Positions 30,839 through 40,408 of a stretch of 64,000 bases of DNA are shown here, piece by piece. How positions within the stretch are numbered: position 1 is the stretch's first letter; the number at the start of each line of letters is the position of its first letter. This DNA comes from an uncultured Gemmatimonadales bacterium (lineage in GTDB: Bacteria; Gemmatimonadota; Gemmatimonadetes; Longimicrobiales; RSA9). Location: assembly GCA_963741945.1 (NCBI GenBank), contig CAVUKA010000001.1, positions 224,001 through 288,000 of the forward strand. Direction: 5' to 3'. The notes under the pieces were generated by a model that saw only the letters and a list, made by a program, of their open reading frames with translations, was not told where the DNA came from and did no database searches. The translations under genes and the position numbers were made by a program.

Positions 30839-31392
30839 GTCAGCCACTCCCTGAGCTTCCGGATGCCGAGGTGGTAGTTCACTCGCGCGGCCGTTTCCGA
30901 CGACCCGATCACGTCCCCGATCTCCCTGTGGCTCATGTCTTCGTAGATCCGCAGACTCACCGCCAGCCGCTGCTTCTCCGGGAGCCGCGCCAGCGCCCGC
31001 TCCACTCGCCCCGCCTCCACCCGGTCGAGCGCGCTCCGCTCCGGACTCCGCCCCTCCCCGGCGGTCGGCTCTGCCGCGTCCAGCGACACTTCCCGGCGCC
31101 GGCTCTTCCAGCGGCCGGCAGAGCGCGCCGTGTTGGCCGCGATCCGCAGCAGCCAGGTGCGGAAGCTCGAATCGCCGTGGAACCCCGGCAGCCCGCGCAT
31201 GGCCCGGATGAACGTGTCCTGTGCCGCATCGGCGGCGAGGTCGGGCTCGCCCAGGACCCGATAGGTCACCTGGTAGACGGCGGCCGTGTGCGCGGCCACG
31301 AGCGCTTCCAGCGCCGCTTCGTCGCCTTCCTGCGCCCGGGCCACCAGCGCCCGTTCCTCTGCCCTGCGTGGGGCCACGCCTGTCTCGCTCAC
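30835..31392 (-). CDS. ECF sigma factor
   Basis: DAAQDTF, SSFRTWLLRIAAN, LARLPEKQR, SHREIG. Confidence 0.93.
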   Translation of the reverse strand: MSETGVAPRRAEERALVARAQEGDEAALEALVAAHTAAVYQVTYRVLGEPDLAADAAQDTFIRAMRGLPGFHGDSSFRTWLLRIAANTARSAGRWKSRRREVSLDAAEPTAGEGRSPERSALDRVEAGRVERALARLPEKQRLAVSLRIYEDMSHREIGDVIGSSETAARVNYHLGIRKLREWLT

Positions 31393-31399
31393 TGTTGTT

Positions 31400-31428
31400 G
31401 GGACGCTGCCAGCCCCCCATTCGTTAAG
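31400..31428 (-). promoter_or_regulatory. Putative autoregulatory ECF promoter
   Basis: TTAAC-17bp-CGTCCC, then 7 nt to the GTG start. Confidence 0.55.
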
Positions 31429-31434
31429 CGCGAA

Positions 31435-31466
31435 GGACCCCGCCCGGTGTGCGCCGGACGGGGTCC
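31435..31466 (-). terminator. Hairpin downstream of the HU/IHF gene
   Basis: GGACCCCGTCCGG/CCGGGCGGGGTCC stem with one G-U pair; weak U-tail. Confidence 0.5.
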
Positions 31467-31496
31467 CTCCGCGTTGTCCCGGCCGATGTCGCCGAC

Positions 31497-31799
31497 TCAG
31501 CCGTTGCCCGCCGGTGCCGTTTCCATCACCTGCTCCCGCAGGTCCTTCGACGGCTTGAACACGGGAACGAGGCGCGCCGGCACTTCCACGCGCTCGCCCG
31601 TCCGCGGGTTCCTCGCCACCCGCGACTTGCGCTCCCGCACCCTGAACGTGCCGAAGCCGCGGATCTCGATGTTATCGTGCTCGGCCAGAGCCGCCTTCAC
31701 GGCGTTCAGGAGTCCATCCACCACCAGCGCGCAGTCCTTCTTGGTGATGCCGGGACCGATCGCGTCGGCCACCTGCTCTACGAGATCCGCCTTCGTCAT
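31497..31799 (-). CDS. HU/IHF family DNA-binding protein (IHF beta-like)
   Basis: MTKADL, IEIRGFGTF, ARNPRTGE, PVFKPSK. Confidence 0.95.
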   Translation of the reverse strand: MTKADLVEQVADAIGPGITKKDCALVVDGLLNAVKAALAEHDNIEIRGFGTFRVRERKSRVARNPRTGERVEVPARLVPVFKPSKDLREQVMETAPAGNG

Positions 31800-31867
31800 G
31801 ATGCCTCCATCCCTCCAGGGTCCGTCGGAGCCGCGTCGCTCCGATCATTCCACAGATCAGGTCCGGG

Positions 31868-32767
31868 TCAGTGGACCATGTATTTCACCACCGGCCACCC
31901 GGCGCCGGCAACCTGCCCACGCGTCATGGCCTGCAGCACTGCACCCGCGCTCTCGCCCAGAAGCGCGTCCAGCAACCAGCTACCCCGCTCCCGCGGGGGA
32001 CGCACGATGTTCGGCTCCGGTCCGAGCCCGGCCATCTCGCCGGCCAGCCGGATCGCCGCATCCCGGTTCCCCAGGCGGTCCACCAGCCCCAGTTCCATGG
32101 CCTCACGCCCCGAGAAGATCCGGCCATCCGCCAGTGGCCGAACCTGGCCGACCGGCATGCCCCGGGACTCGGCCACCGCCTCGATGAACTGCGCGTGGAC
32201 ATCCTCGAGCATCCGGTTCAGGATCGCCCTCTCCTCCGGATCCATCTCCCGGAACGGCGAGCCCATGTCCTTCTGAGCGCCCGCCTTGACCACTTCCATC
32301 CGGACGCCGACCCTGTCCATCAGGCCACCCACGTTCGGGTACTCCATGATGACGCCGATCGAGCCCGTGATGCTGCCGGGCAGGGCCAGGATCGAGTCCG
32401 CGCCCAGGGCCACGTAGTAGCCACCCGACGCGCCCACCCCGCCGATCGATGCCACCACCGGCTGCCCATCCTCGTTCCGCAGGCTGCGGAGCCGGTCGTA
32501 GATGCTCTGCGACGGCGCCACCACCCCACCCGGACTGTTGATCTCCACCACCCACCCCCGAACGGAGCGGTCCCTGCGCAGCCGCCGCACGTCGTCCAGG
32601 AACTGGCTGTCTCCCCCGATCGCGCCCCGCACTTCCAGGAGCGCGATACGACCGCCCAGCCCGAAACTGCCACCGGCCGCACGGTAGACCGCGAGCACCA
32701 GGCCGGTCACCGTCATCAGAGACAGGACCGTCACGAGGAGCGTCGTGCTCAGAGAGCGCCGGGACAC
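31868..32767 (-). CDS. sppA: Signal peptide peptidase SppA (short form)
   Basis: INSPGG, ASGGYY, TGSIGV, DGRIFSG. Confidence 0.93.
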   Translation of the reverse strand: MSRRSLSTTLLVTVLSLMTVTGLVLAVYRAAGGSFGLGGRIALLEVRGAIGGDSQFLDDVRRLRRDRSVRGWVVEINSPGGVVAPSQSIYDRLRSLRNEDGQPVVASIGGVGASGGYYVALGADSILALPGSITGSIGVIMEYPNVGGLMDRVGVRMEVVKAGAQKDMGSPFREMDPEERAILNRMLEDVHAQFIEAVAESRGMPVGQVRPLADGRIFSGREAMELGLVDRLGNRDAAIRLAGEMAGLGPEPNIVRPPRERGSWLLDALLGESAGAVLQAMTRGQVAGAGWPVVKYMVH

Positions 32768-32816
32768 GCCAAACCGCCGCCAATCAAGAAGTTAGGTCGG
32801 GAGAACGCGACGCAGA

Positions 32817-32846
32817 ACCTTAATGTGCCCGAGTCTCGCAAGTCAA
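32817..32846 (-). promoter_or_regulatory. Putative sigma70 promoter of sppA
   Basis: TTGACT-18bp-TAAGGT. Confidence 0.4.
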
Positions 32847-33970
32847 GACTCTCCTCGCACTTGCGCCATTCCCGAAAGGAATCGGTCGAACAGATATCGC
32901 GAATCGTGCGGCCCGGGCGCCGCTTCCGGGTGGTACTGAACGCTGAACACGGGCAGGTCCCGGTGCTCCATCCCCTCCACCGTACCGTCGTTCAGGTTCA
33001 CGTGCGTGACCCGCAGCGCGGGCGCACCCTCGATGGCGTCGCCGGCCCCGGAGCGCACCGCGAAGCCGTGGTTCTGCGCAGTGATCTCCACGGCGCCATC
33101 GCTCAATCGGCGCACCGGGTGGTTCCCCGCGCGGTGGCCATAGAGGAGCTTGTACGTACTGCCTCCGAACGCGCGGGCGATCAGCTGGTGCCCCAGACAG
33201 ATGCCGAACACCGGGATGCCGCGCTCGGCTGCGCCCCGGATCGTGGTCAGCGCGTGGGCCACTGCTTCGGGATCTCCCGGGCCGTTGGAGACGAACAGCC
33301 CATCCAGCCCCGAGTCCAGCACCTCCTCCGGCAACGCGCCGCGGGGCACCGTCCGGACCCGGCACCCCCGCTCGGCCAGCAGTCGCGGGGAATGCCGCTT
33401 GATACCGAAATCGTACGCCACCACCAGGAACCGCTCCGGCCCCTCCGGCGCGACGTCGTACGGCCGGGGCGTCGAAACCTGGCCCGTGAGGTCCAGCCCC
33501 TCCATGCGTGGATGGGCCTCGATCCGTTCCCGCAGTGCCGACTCGGGCAGCTCCCGGGACGCGATCCCCGCTCGCATGGCGCCACGTGAGCGGATGTGGC
33601 GGGTGAGCGCCCGCGTGTCCACTTCCGTCAGGACCGCGACGCCGCTCCGTCGCAGGTATGCATCCAGCGAGCCTTCCCCCCGCCAGCCGGTGAACGCGGG
33701 CGACAGCTCCCGGACCACGAACCCGGCCACCTGGGGGCGTGAGGACTCCTCGTCGGCACCCGCGACCCCGTAGTTCCCGATGAGCGGGTAGGTCATGGTG
33801 ACGATCTGGCCGGCATAGGACGGATCCGTCAGGATCTCCTGATAGCCGGTCATCGACGTGTTGAACACCACTTCGCCCAGCGCCACGCGGCGGGCGCCGG
33901 CGAGCTCGCCCTCGAAGACGCGGCCGTCCTCGAGGAGCAGGTATCCGGGATCGGTGTGGGCCAGGGACAT
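32843..33970 (-). CDS. carA: Carbamoyl-phosphate synthase small subunit
   Basis: GEVVFNTSMTGYQE, SNGPGDP, GICLGHQ, QYHPEA. Confidence 0.97.
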   Translation of the reverse strand: MSLAHTDPGYLLLEDGRVFEGELAGARRVALGEVVFNTSMTGYQEILTDPSYAGQIVTMTYPLIGNYGVAGADEESSRPQVAGFVVRELSPAFTGWRGEGSLDAYLRRSGVAVLTEVDTRALTRHIRSRGAMRAGIASRELPESALRERIEAHPRMEGLDLTGQVSTPRPYDVAPEGPERFLVVAYDFGIKRHSPRLLAERGCRVRTVPRGALPEEVLDSGLDGLFVSNGPGDPEAVAHALTTIRGAAERGIPVFGICLGHQLIARAFGGSTYKLLYGHRAGNHPVRRLSDGAVEITAQNHGFAVRSGAGDAIEGAPALRVTHVNLNDGTVEGMEHRDLPVFSVQYHPEAAPGPHDSRYLFDRFLSGMAQVRGES

Positions 33971-34071
33971 GGCGGACCGATGATAGCGGGGCTCCGGCCG
34001 GCGGGCCAGGGCGCCACCACCCCGCCGCGGCGGTTTCTGGACTGCCTCGTTCCTGCTACCTTCCTCGCCCC

Positions 34072-34689
34072 ATGAGCCGATCCCAAGCAGGCGCGCAGCC
34101 CCTGGTCCACATCTACGCGGACGAATCCTGTCTCGGCATCCAGTTCACCGATCGGGACTCTCCCGGCGGCGCGGCCGGGCTGATCGAGCACTGGACTGCA
34201 GGGGCGTGGGTGCGTCGGGACTACTGGATCAGCGAGCCCGCAACCACCAACAACCGGATGGCCATCCGCAGCGCCACCGAGGGGCTGGTGCTGTTGAAGC
34301 GCCCGTGTCGCGTCATCTTCACGTCCGACTCCCAGTACCTGATCAAGGGAATGCGCGAGTGGATCGCCGGGTGGGTGCGACGCGGCTGGCAGCGCAAGAC
34401 CGGACCCGTCGAGAACGCCGATCTATGGAAAGTCCTCCTCCGCGTGGCGCAGCGCCACCAGGTGGACTGGCGCTGGGTCCGCGGCCACGCGGGGCATCCG
34501 CAGAACGAGTACGTCGACGACCTGGCCGTCCGCGCCGCGAAGCAGCAGGACCGCTCGGGCGGCCTGGTGGATTCCGGCTTCGGGGAATGGCTCGAGGACA
34601 AGCGCGAGAAAAGCGAAGCCTACCTGGATTTCTTCGAGTTCCAGCCACCGCCGGACGACGAGCCGTTCGACCCGGTGCCGACTCCCTGA
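34072..34689 (+). CDS. rnhA: Ribonuclease HI (atypical active site)
   Basis: YADESCLG, TTNNRM, SDSQYL, W-rich basic protrusion, WVRGHAGHPQNEYVD. Confidence 0.9.
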   Translation: MSRSQAGAQPLVHIYADESCLGIQFTDRDSPGGAAGLIEHWTAGAWVRRDYWISEPATTNNRMAIRSATEGLVLLKRPCRVIFTSDSQYLIKGMREWIAGWVRRGWQRKTGPVENADLWKVLLRVAQRHQVDWRWVRGHAGHPQNEYVDDLAVRAAKQQDRSGGLVDSGFGEWLEDKREKSEAYLDFFEFQPPPDDEPFDPVPTP

Positions 34690-34713
34690 TCCGTGCCCGG
34701 CCGACCGCCGCCG

Positions 34714-35406
34714 CTACGCGGCCAGGCGCCGATCGAACACCACTGCCATCGCATCCACCACCGCGTCTTCGACCTCCCGCATTTCCACTGCGGATCCGAG
34801 GGCACGGCTCATGGAGGTGACACCATGGTCGCGGATCCCGCAGGGGATGATCGCGTCGAAGAACGCCAGGTCCGTGGTCACGTTCAGCGCGAAGCCGTGT
34901 GACGTGATCCAACCGCTGGAGACCCGTACGCCGATCGCCGCCAGCTTCTCCTCCCCCACCCAGACCCCCGTCAGCCCCTCCTTGCGTCCGGCCCCGATGC
35001 CGAACGTGGCCATGGCCATCATCAGGGCTTCCTCGAGATCACGGACATAGCGGTGCAGGTCCTTGCGGTCCGGCTTCAGGTCCAGGATCGGATAGCCCAC
35101 CAGCTGCCCCGGGCCATGGTACGTTACATCCCCGCCACGGCCCGTCTCGAACAGCTCGATCCCCATCAGCCTGCGCTCGGACGCGTCCAGGATCACGTGA
35201 TTCGCATCCGCAGCGGTCCCCAGCGTGATCACGTGCGGGTGCTCCAGCAGGAGCAGCTGGTCGGGGACCGCCCCCGCTCGCCGCTCCGAAACCAGCCGTT
35301 CCTGCAGCCCGAGACCATCCGCGTACGACAGGAGCCCGAGACGCCGGACTTCCAGCGTCCGCGCCCCGGAGCGAGCCCTAGGCCGCTTCCTCGGGGAACG
35401 TTTCAA
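34714..35406 (-). CDS. lipB: Lipoyl(octanoyl) transferase
   Basis: LLLEHPHVITLG, RGGDVTYHGPGQ, KLAAIG, SHGFALN, IIPCG. Start uncertain. Confidence 0.95.
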   Translation of the reverse strand: MKRSPRKRPRARSGARTLEVRRLGLLSYADGLGLQERLVSERRAGAVPDQLLLLEHPHVITLGTAADANHVILDASERRLMGIELFETGRGGDVTYHGPGQLVGYPILDLKPDRKDLHRYVRDLEEALMMAMATFGIGAGRKEGLTGVWVGEEKLAAIGVRVSSGWITSHGFALNVTTDLAFFDAIIPCGIRDHGVTSMSRALGSAVEMREVEDAVVDAMAVVFDRRLAA

Positions 35407-36781
35407 GGATCTCCTTCAGCCGCGCGAGGAAGCGCGCGGCATCCGCGCCGTCCACGATCCGATGGTCATAGCCCAGGGAGAACATGCAGCGGAGACGGAT
35501 CGCGATGGTGTCGGCTCCGTCCAACTCCACCACGACCGGCCGCTTCTCGATGCTCCCCGTACCCAGGATCGCCGCCGTCCCTTCCGGGATGATCGGCATC
35601 CCCACATACGTGCCCAGCACCCCCGGGTTCGTGATCGAGAACGTAGCGCCCTGGATCTCGTCCGGCTTCAGCTTCCGGTCCCGGGCGCGCCCGGCGAGGT
35701 CGCTGATGCGCTTCGCGATTCCCACCAGCGTGAGGTCTTCCGCGTCCCGCAGCACCGGCACGATCAGTCCGGGATTCAGGTCCACCGCGATCCCGATGTT
35801 GATGTTGCCGCGGAAGATCAGGTTCTCCCCCGAAACGGTGCCGTTGACCTGCGGGAACTCCCGCAGCGCCTTGGCCACGCCCCATGCCACGAAAGCGGTG
35901 AAGCTGACCTTGTTCCCTTCCTCGGTCCACTTCGCCTTGTTCGCCTTCCGGATCCGGTCGATCCGGGTGAAATCCACTTCGATGAACGAGTGGACGTGCG
36001 GCGCCACCCGCTTCGCCAGAACCATGTGGTCGGCCGTGAGGCGACGGATCCGGTCCATCTTCTCCACACGGTCGCCTTCCCGCACCGGCCACTCCGGATG
36101 CTGGACCTCGCCGTAGAACCGGCGCCACAGCTCGTCCGCCCCGATCGCCCCACCCGCTGGCGCCTTGCTGGCCGCCGCCGCCGGCTTCGAGGGCGCCGCT
36201 TCCGCCGCCGGTGCCTGCCCGCGTCGGTCCAGGAAGCTCAGCACGTCCTGCTTGGTCACCCGGCCCGCCCGACCCGAGCCCTCCACCTGCGAGAGGTCCA
36301 CGTCGTGCTCCGCCGCGATTCGCCGGACCAGCGGCGTCGAGCGCTGCCGCAGCCGCTCCTCCGCCGTCTCCTCGCCACCGCCGTCGCCCGATGGAGCCGC
36401 CACGGCCGGCTCTCGCTTCGGCTTCGCTGGCGCCGCTTCGCCGGCCTCGCCCGTACCCGTCTCCGGCGCCTCTTCCGCTTCCGCCGCCGCAGCGGCAGGC
36501 TTCTCCGCCTTCCCTTTGCCCGCGCCGGCGTCCGCGCCTCCCTCCGTGTCGATGAACGCGACGACAGTCCCGACTTCCACCGTCTCGCCTTCCTCCACCT
36601 GGATGTCCACCAGCGTTCCCGCCGATGGAGCCGGGATCTCGGCGTCCACCTTGTCCGTGGAGATCTCCAGGATCGGCTCGTCACGCTCGACGGCATCTCC
36701 AGGCTGCTTCAGCCAGCGGGAGACGGTGCCCTCGGCGATGGACTCGCCCATCTGCGGCATCGGGACTTCGATCTTCGGCAT
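35378..36781 (-). CDS. 2-oxoacid dehydrogenase E2, dihydrolipoamide acyltransferase
   Basis: One lipoyl domain (STDKVD), peripheral subunit-binding domain (GSGRAGRVTKQD), DHRIVDG. Confidence 0.94.
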   Translation of the reverse strand: MPKIEVPMPQMGESIAEGTVSRWLKQPGDAVERDEPILEISTDKVDAEIPAPSAGTLVDIQVEEGETVEVGTVVAFIDTEGGADAGAGKGKAEKPAAAAAEAEEAPETGTGEAGEAAPAKPKREPAVAAPSGDGGGEETAEERLRQRSTPLVRRIAAEHDVDLSQVEGSGRAGRVTKQDVLSFLDRRGQAPAAEAAPSKPAAAASKAPAGGAIGADELWRRFYGEVQHPEWPVREGDRVEKMDRIRRLTADHMVLAKRVAPHVHSFIEVDFTRIDRIRKANKAKWTEEGNKVSFTAFVAWGVAKALREFPQVNGTVSGENLIFRGNINIGIAVDLNPGLIVPVLRDAEDLTLVGIAKRISDLAGRARDRKLKPDEIQGATFSITNPGVLGTYVGMPIIPEGTAAILGTGSIEKRPVVVELDGADTIAIRLRCMFSLGYDHRIVDGADAARFLARLKEILETFPEEAA

Positions 36782-36902
36782 CGTGGATTCCGTTTCGCAG
36801 TTCTCGTCGACTATCCCTCACCGCTGGTCCTCGACCGCCAGCGGCCCCGCTTGCAGTCAGTGCCCCCGCTGCGCCGGTCGGCGGCAACGGTTCCCGCTCG
36901 CC

Positions 36903-38024
36903 TCAGTATCCGGCAAGGTACTTTCCCGCCGTCACGATATCCTCCACGCCCGGGAGGAAGTAGTCCTCCAGCGGCGGAGCGTACGGCACGGGCGTATCGA
37001 GCGCCGTCACCCGGAGCACGGGAGCGTCCAGCCATTCGAACGCCTTTTCGCTGACGCGCATGGCGATCTCGCCCGCGATGCCCCCCGTGCGCGTGTCCTC
37101 GTGCACGACCAGGATCCTGTTGGTCTTCTTCACGCTGGCAATGATGGAATCCTCGTCCATGGGCAGCAGCGTCCGCAGATCGATGATCTCGACCTCGATG
37201 CCTGCTTCTGCCAGCCGATCGGCCGCCTTCTGGCTCTCGTGAACCATGTTGCCGTACGTGACGATGGTCAGGTCGGACCCTTCTCTGTGGATCCTCGCCT
37301 CGCCCAGCGGCACCACGTAATCCTCCGCCGGAAGCACCTCACGCAGGAACGGGGCCCGGTACAGCTTCTTGTGCTCGAAGAAGAGGACGGGATCGTCGTC
37401 GCGTACGGCGGCTTTCAGCAGCCCCTTCGCGTCCCGGGCCGTGCACGGATAGACGATCTTCAGTCCTGGCGTGTGGAAGAACGCCATCTCGGGATTCTGG
37501 GAGTGGAACGGGCCACCCCGGACGCCGCCGCCCACGGGTCCGCGGATCACCATCGGCAGAGGGCCCGCCTTCCGCCACCTGGCCGTGGCCACGTAGTTCG
37601 TGAGCGGCTCGTAGGCGCAGCTCACGAAGTCCATGAACTGCATCTCCACCACCGGACGCAGGCCCATGTGCGCCGCGCCGGCGGCGGCACCGGTGAAGCC
37701 GGCCTCACTGATCGGTGTGTCCACCACGCGCGCGTCCCCGAAAAATTCCAGGAAGCCATCGGTCATCTTGAACGCGCCACCGTAGACGCCAATGTCTTCT
37801 CCCAGGAGGAAGACCGCGGGATCGCGGACCATCTCCTCCCAGAGCGCCTCGCGGATCGCCTCGAGCATGGTGACCGGCTCGCCCCGCTCCGTCTGGCGGA
37901 CGTGGTCCGGCTTCTCCCGTGCTGAGCCGCTTGCCGGCGGCGATGTCGGGACTCCGCCGTCGTCGGCTGCGGACCTCTCCGGCACCGCCGCCGTGGTTCC
38001 CTTCCTGGAGCGGGCTTTCGCCAT
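36903..38024 (-). CDS. 2-oxoacid dehydrogenase E1 beta
   Basis: GEDIG, DTPISE, EMQFMDF, GPFHSQ, IDLRTL. Confidence 0.94.
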   Translation of the reverse strand: MAKARSRKGTTAAVPERSAADDGGVPTSPPASGSAREKPDHVRQTERGEPVTMLEAIREALWEEMVRDPAVFLLGEDIGVYGGAFKMTDGFLEFFGDARVVDTPISEAGFTGAAAGAAHMGLRPVVEMQFMDFVSCAYEPLTNYVATARWRKAGPLPMVIRGPVGGGVRGGPFHSQNPEMAFFHTPGLKIVYPCTARDAKGLLKAAVRDDDPVLFFEHKKLYRAPFLREVLPAEDYVVPLGEARIHREGSDLTIVTYGNMVHESQKAADRLAEAGIEVEIIDLRTLLPMDEDSIIASVKKTNRILVVHEDTRTGGIAGEIAMRVSEKAFEWLDAPVLRVTALDTPVPYAPPLEDYFLPGVEDIVTAGKYLAGY

Positions 38025-39097
38025 CAGGCCTCGTGCGGATCCTGCGGTTCGCGTCGCGTCCACGGGATCCACCCCGGGACGTCGCCATACACACCCTCGA
38101 TCGCGGCAGCGGGCTCCGGCATCGGCGACGCTTCGGCCGCATCTCGCGCGGCATCCACTTCCGCTTTCGCCCGATCCCGGATCGCGGCCAGCTCGTCCTC
38201 GGTGGCACTGTCATGCTCCAGCAGCCACCGGTGGTAGCGGTCCACCGGGTCCCGAGCTTCCCACGCTTCCAGCTCCCCGGCCGGGACGTACTTCTGCGCA
38301 TCGTGCTCCGCGTGTCCCTTCCGGCGGTACGTCATCAGCTCCAGCAGCGCCGGCCCCGCGCCCGAGCGGGCATGACCGACCGCCCGTGCCGCGGCCGCGT
38401 GGACGGACAGCACATCGTTCCCGTCCACCTGCTCGCCTCGCACACCATAGCCGTCCGCTTTCTCCACGAACGACGCCGTGGCGGACTGCTTCCGCGTGGG
38501 CGTGGAGTAGGCGTAGCCGTTGTTCTCCACCACCACCACCAGGGGGAGCTGCTGCACCGCGGCAAGGTTCAGACCCTCGTGGAAGCCACCGGTCGACGTC
38601 ATCCCGTCGCCGCTGTACACCAGCGCTACCCGGTCCTCACCGCGCAGGCGGAACGACATCGCGACCCCGGCCATCACCCCCACCATCACGCCCAGATGGG
38701 AGATCAGCCCGAGGTGGCCCTTCGCCATGTCGGAGAAATGGACGTTCGTCTCACGGCCGCCCGTGGGGCCGCCGGCCTTCGCCATGTACTGCTTCATGAC
38801 GTCGGCCGCGTCCGCGCCCATCATCAGCATTGCCCCGAGGTCCCGGATGGCAGGAGACAGCACATCCCCCGTCCCGTCCGCTCGCCGACGCAATGCGTAG
38901 GCGGTCCCCACCGCCCCGGCTTCCTGGCCCAGGGAACGGTACAGACCGCCTATGACCTTGTTCTGCCTGTATAGATTGGTGAGCGCGGTCTCGACCTGGC
39001 GCGTCAGCTGCAGCCAGTAATACAGCTCCCGGAGCGATTCCCGCCCCAGCCCGGCCGCTCCGTCTTCTGACGCTCTCGACTCTCCCCGCTCCGCCAT
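38024..39097 (-). CDS. 2-oxoacid dehydrogenase E1 alpha (ThDP-dependent)
   Basis: GQEA, GDG...ENNGYAYST, TYRRKGHAEHD. The start could be GTG 39112. Confidence 0.92.
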   Translation of the reverse strand: MAERGESRASEDGAAGLGRESLRELYYWLQLTRQVETALTNLYRQNKVIGGLYRSLGQEAGAVGTAYALRRRADGTGDVLSPAIRDLGAMLMMGADAADVMKQYMAKAGGPTGGRETNVHFSDMAKGHLGLISHLGVMVGVMAGVAMSFRLRGEDRVALVYSGDGMTSTGGFHEGLNLAAVQQLPLVVVVENNGYAYSTPTRKQSATASFVEKADGYGVRGEQVDGNDVLSVHAAAARAVGHARSGAGPALLELMTYRRKGHAEHDAQKYVPAGELEAWEARDPVDRYHRWLLEHDSATEDELAAIRDRAKAEVDAARDAAEASPMPEPAAAIEGVYGDVPGWIPWTRREPQDPHEA

Positions 39098-39115
39098 GCC
39101 CGCCGGCGCCACAGA

Positions 39116-39550
39116 CTACCCGCCCGACGGCGACCCGGTACCCTGCGGGCTCTGCTCCGCCGGGCTCCCCGGTTGCGTTTCGCCACCGTTCACCCCCGGC
39201 ACCACCCCGCCGCCACCAGCCGGCGCCTGCCCGGCACCCGGCACCAGAGGCTGCGGCGCCCCGGGCGCGGACTGCTGCTGCTGCTCGAACTCCTGCTGCA
39301 GCAACGGCGTGGGATTCTGCCGGCGGGTGGAAAGCACGGACAGCACAATGGCCAGGAACAGGAAGATCCCGCCCGTCACCCACGTGCTCTTCGTCAGCAC
39401 ACTGGCCGCCTGTCGGCTCCCCATGAACATGTCGGTGCTCGCGCCACCGCCCATCGCGGCCAGGCCGCCACCCTTACCGGATTGCAGCAGCACCACCACG
39501 ACGAGGAGCACCCCGTCGATCAGCAGGAACGAAAGAAGGATTCCGAACAC
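39116..39550 (-). CDS. secG: Preprotein translocase SecG
   Basis: VLLQSGKGGGL, LTKST, two TMs; follows tpiA. Confidence 0.93.
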   Translation of the reverse strand: MFGILLSFLLIDGVLLVVVVLLQSGKGGGLAAMGGGASTDMFMGSRQAASVLTKSTWVTGGIFLFLAIVLSVLSTRRQNPTPLLQQEFEQQQQSAPGAPQPLVPGAGQAPAGGGGVVPGVNGGETQPGSPAEQSPQGTGSPSGG

Positions 39551-39649
39551 CGCGCTACTCGTCTGTCGATTGGTTGAGGATACAGCAGGTTAAGGTCGCC
39601 CGGTCGCGAGGCCGTGTCAACCAGCCCACTCCCCGAAACCGGGCGGCCG

Positions 39650-40408
39650 TCACGCTGCCGCGATCTTGGCGAAGTCACGCGGATCCAGGCTCGCACCGCC
39701 CACCAGCACCCCGTCCACGTCCGACGCGCCCAGGAGCTCCGCCGCGTTGTCCGGCTTCACGGAGCCGCCGTAGAGGATCGGCACCCCGCCGGCCGGGTCC
39801 CCGATCCGCTCGCGCAGGCGGGCGCGCAGGATGGCGTGGGCGTCCGCGGCATCCTCGGGAGTGGCGGTCTCACCGGTCCCGATCGCCCAGACGGGCTCGT
39901 AGGCGAGGAGCATGCGGGCGACGGCGGCGGCGGCAACGGCGGCGAGCCCCGCCTCCAGCTGTCTCAGGATCACTTCCCGGACGCGCCCCGCGCGCCGCTC
40001 GTCGATGGTCTCGCCCACGCACAGTACCGGAGTGAGCCCCGCGGCCAGCGCCGCGGTGACCTTCTTCCCCGTCTCCTCGTCCGTCTCGCCGAAGACGTGG
40101 CGGCGCTCGGAGTGGCCGACCAGCGCGAAGCGGGCGCCCGCTTCCCGGGCCATGGGGCCGGAAATCTCGCCCGTGAACGCGCCCTGCGCCTCCCAGTGGA
40201 TGTTCTGGACGCCCAGCCCGATGGCGTGCTCGGCCAGGCCGTCGCGCACGGCTGTGATGGAGAGCGCGGGCGGGAAGAGGAGGATGGAGCGGTCGCTCGC
40301 GGGCGTGACCACCTGGGCGAACTCCCGGCAGAAGCGCCGCGCGGCGTCCGGCCCCTTGTGCATCTTCCAGTTGCCTGCGATCACGGGCTTCCTGATCGTA
40401 TCGGGCAT
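39650..40408 (-). CDS. tpiA: Triosephosphate isomerase
   Basis: AGNWKM, GHSERR, AYEPVWAIGTG, LYGGSV. Confidence 0.97.
   Translation of the reverse strand: MPDTIRKPVIAGNWKMHKGPDAARRFCREFAQVVTPASDRSILLFPPALSITAVRDGLAEHAIGLGVQNIHWEAQGAFTGEISGPMAREAGARFALVGHSERRHVFGETDEETGKKVTAALAAGLTPVLCVGETIDERRAGRVREVILRQLEAGLAAVAAAAVARMLLAYEPVWAIGTGETATPEDAADAHAILRARLRERIGDPAGGVPILYGGSVKPDNAAELLGASDVDGVLVGGASLDPRDFAKIAAA

Noticed and set aside
39098-39649. tRNA gene next to secG
   Set aside because: There is no room downstream and no T-arm motif in the flanking gaps.
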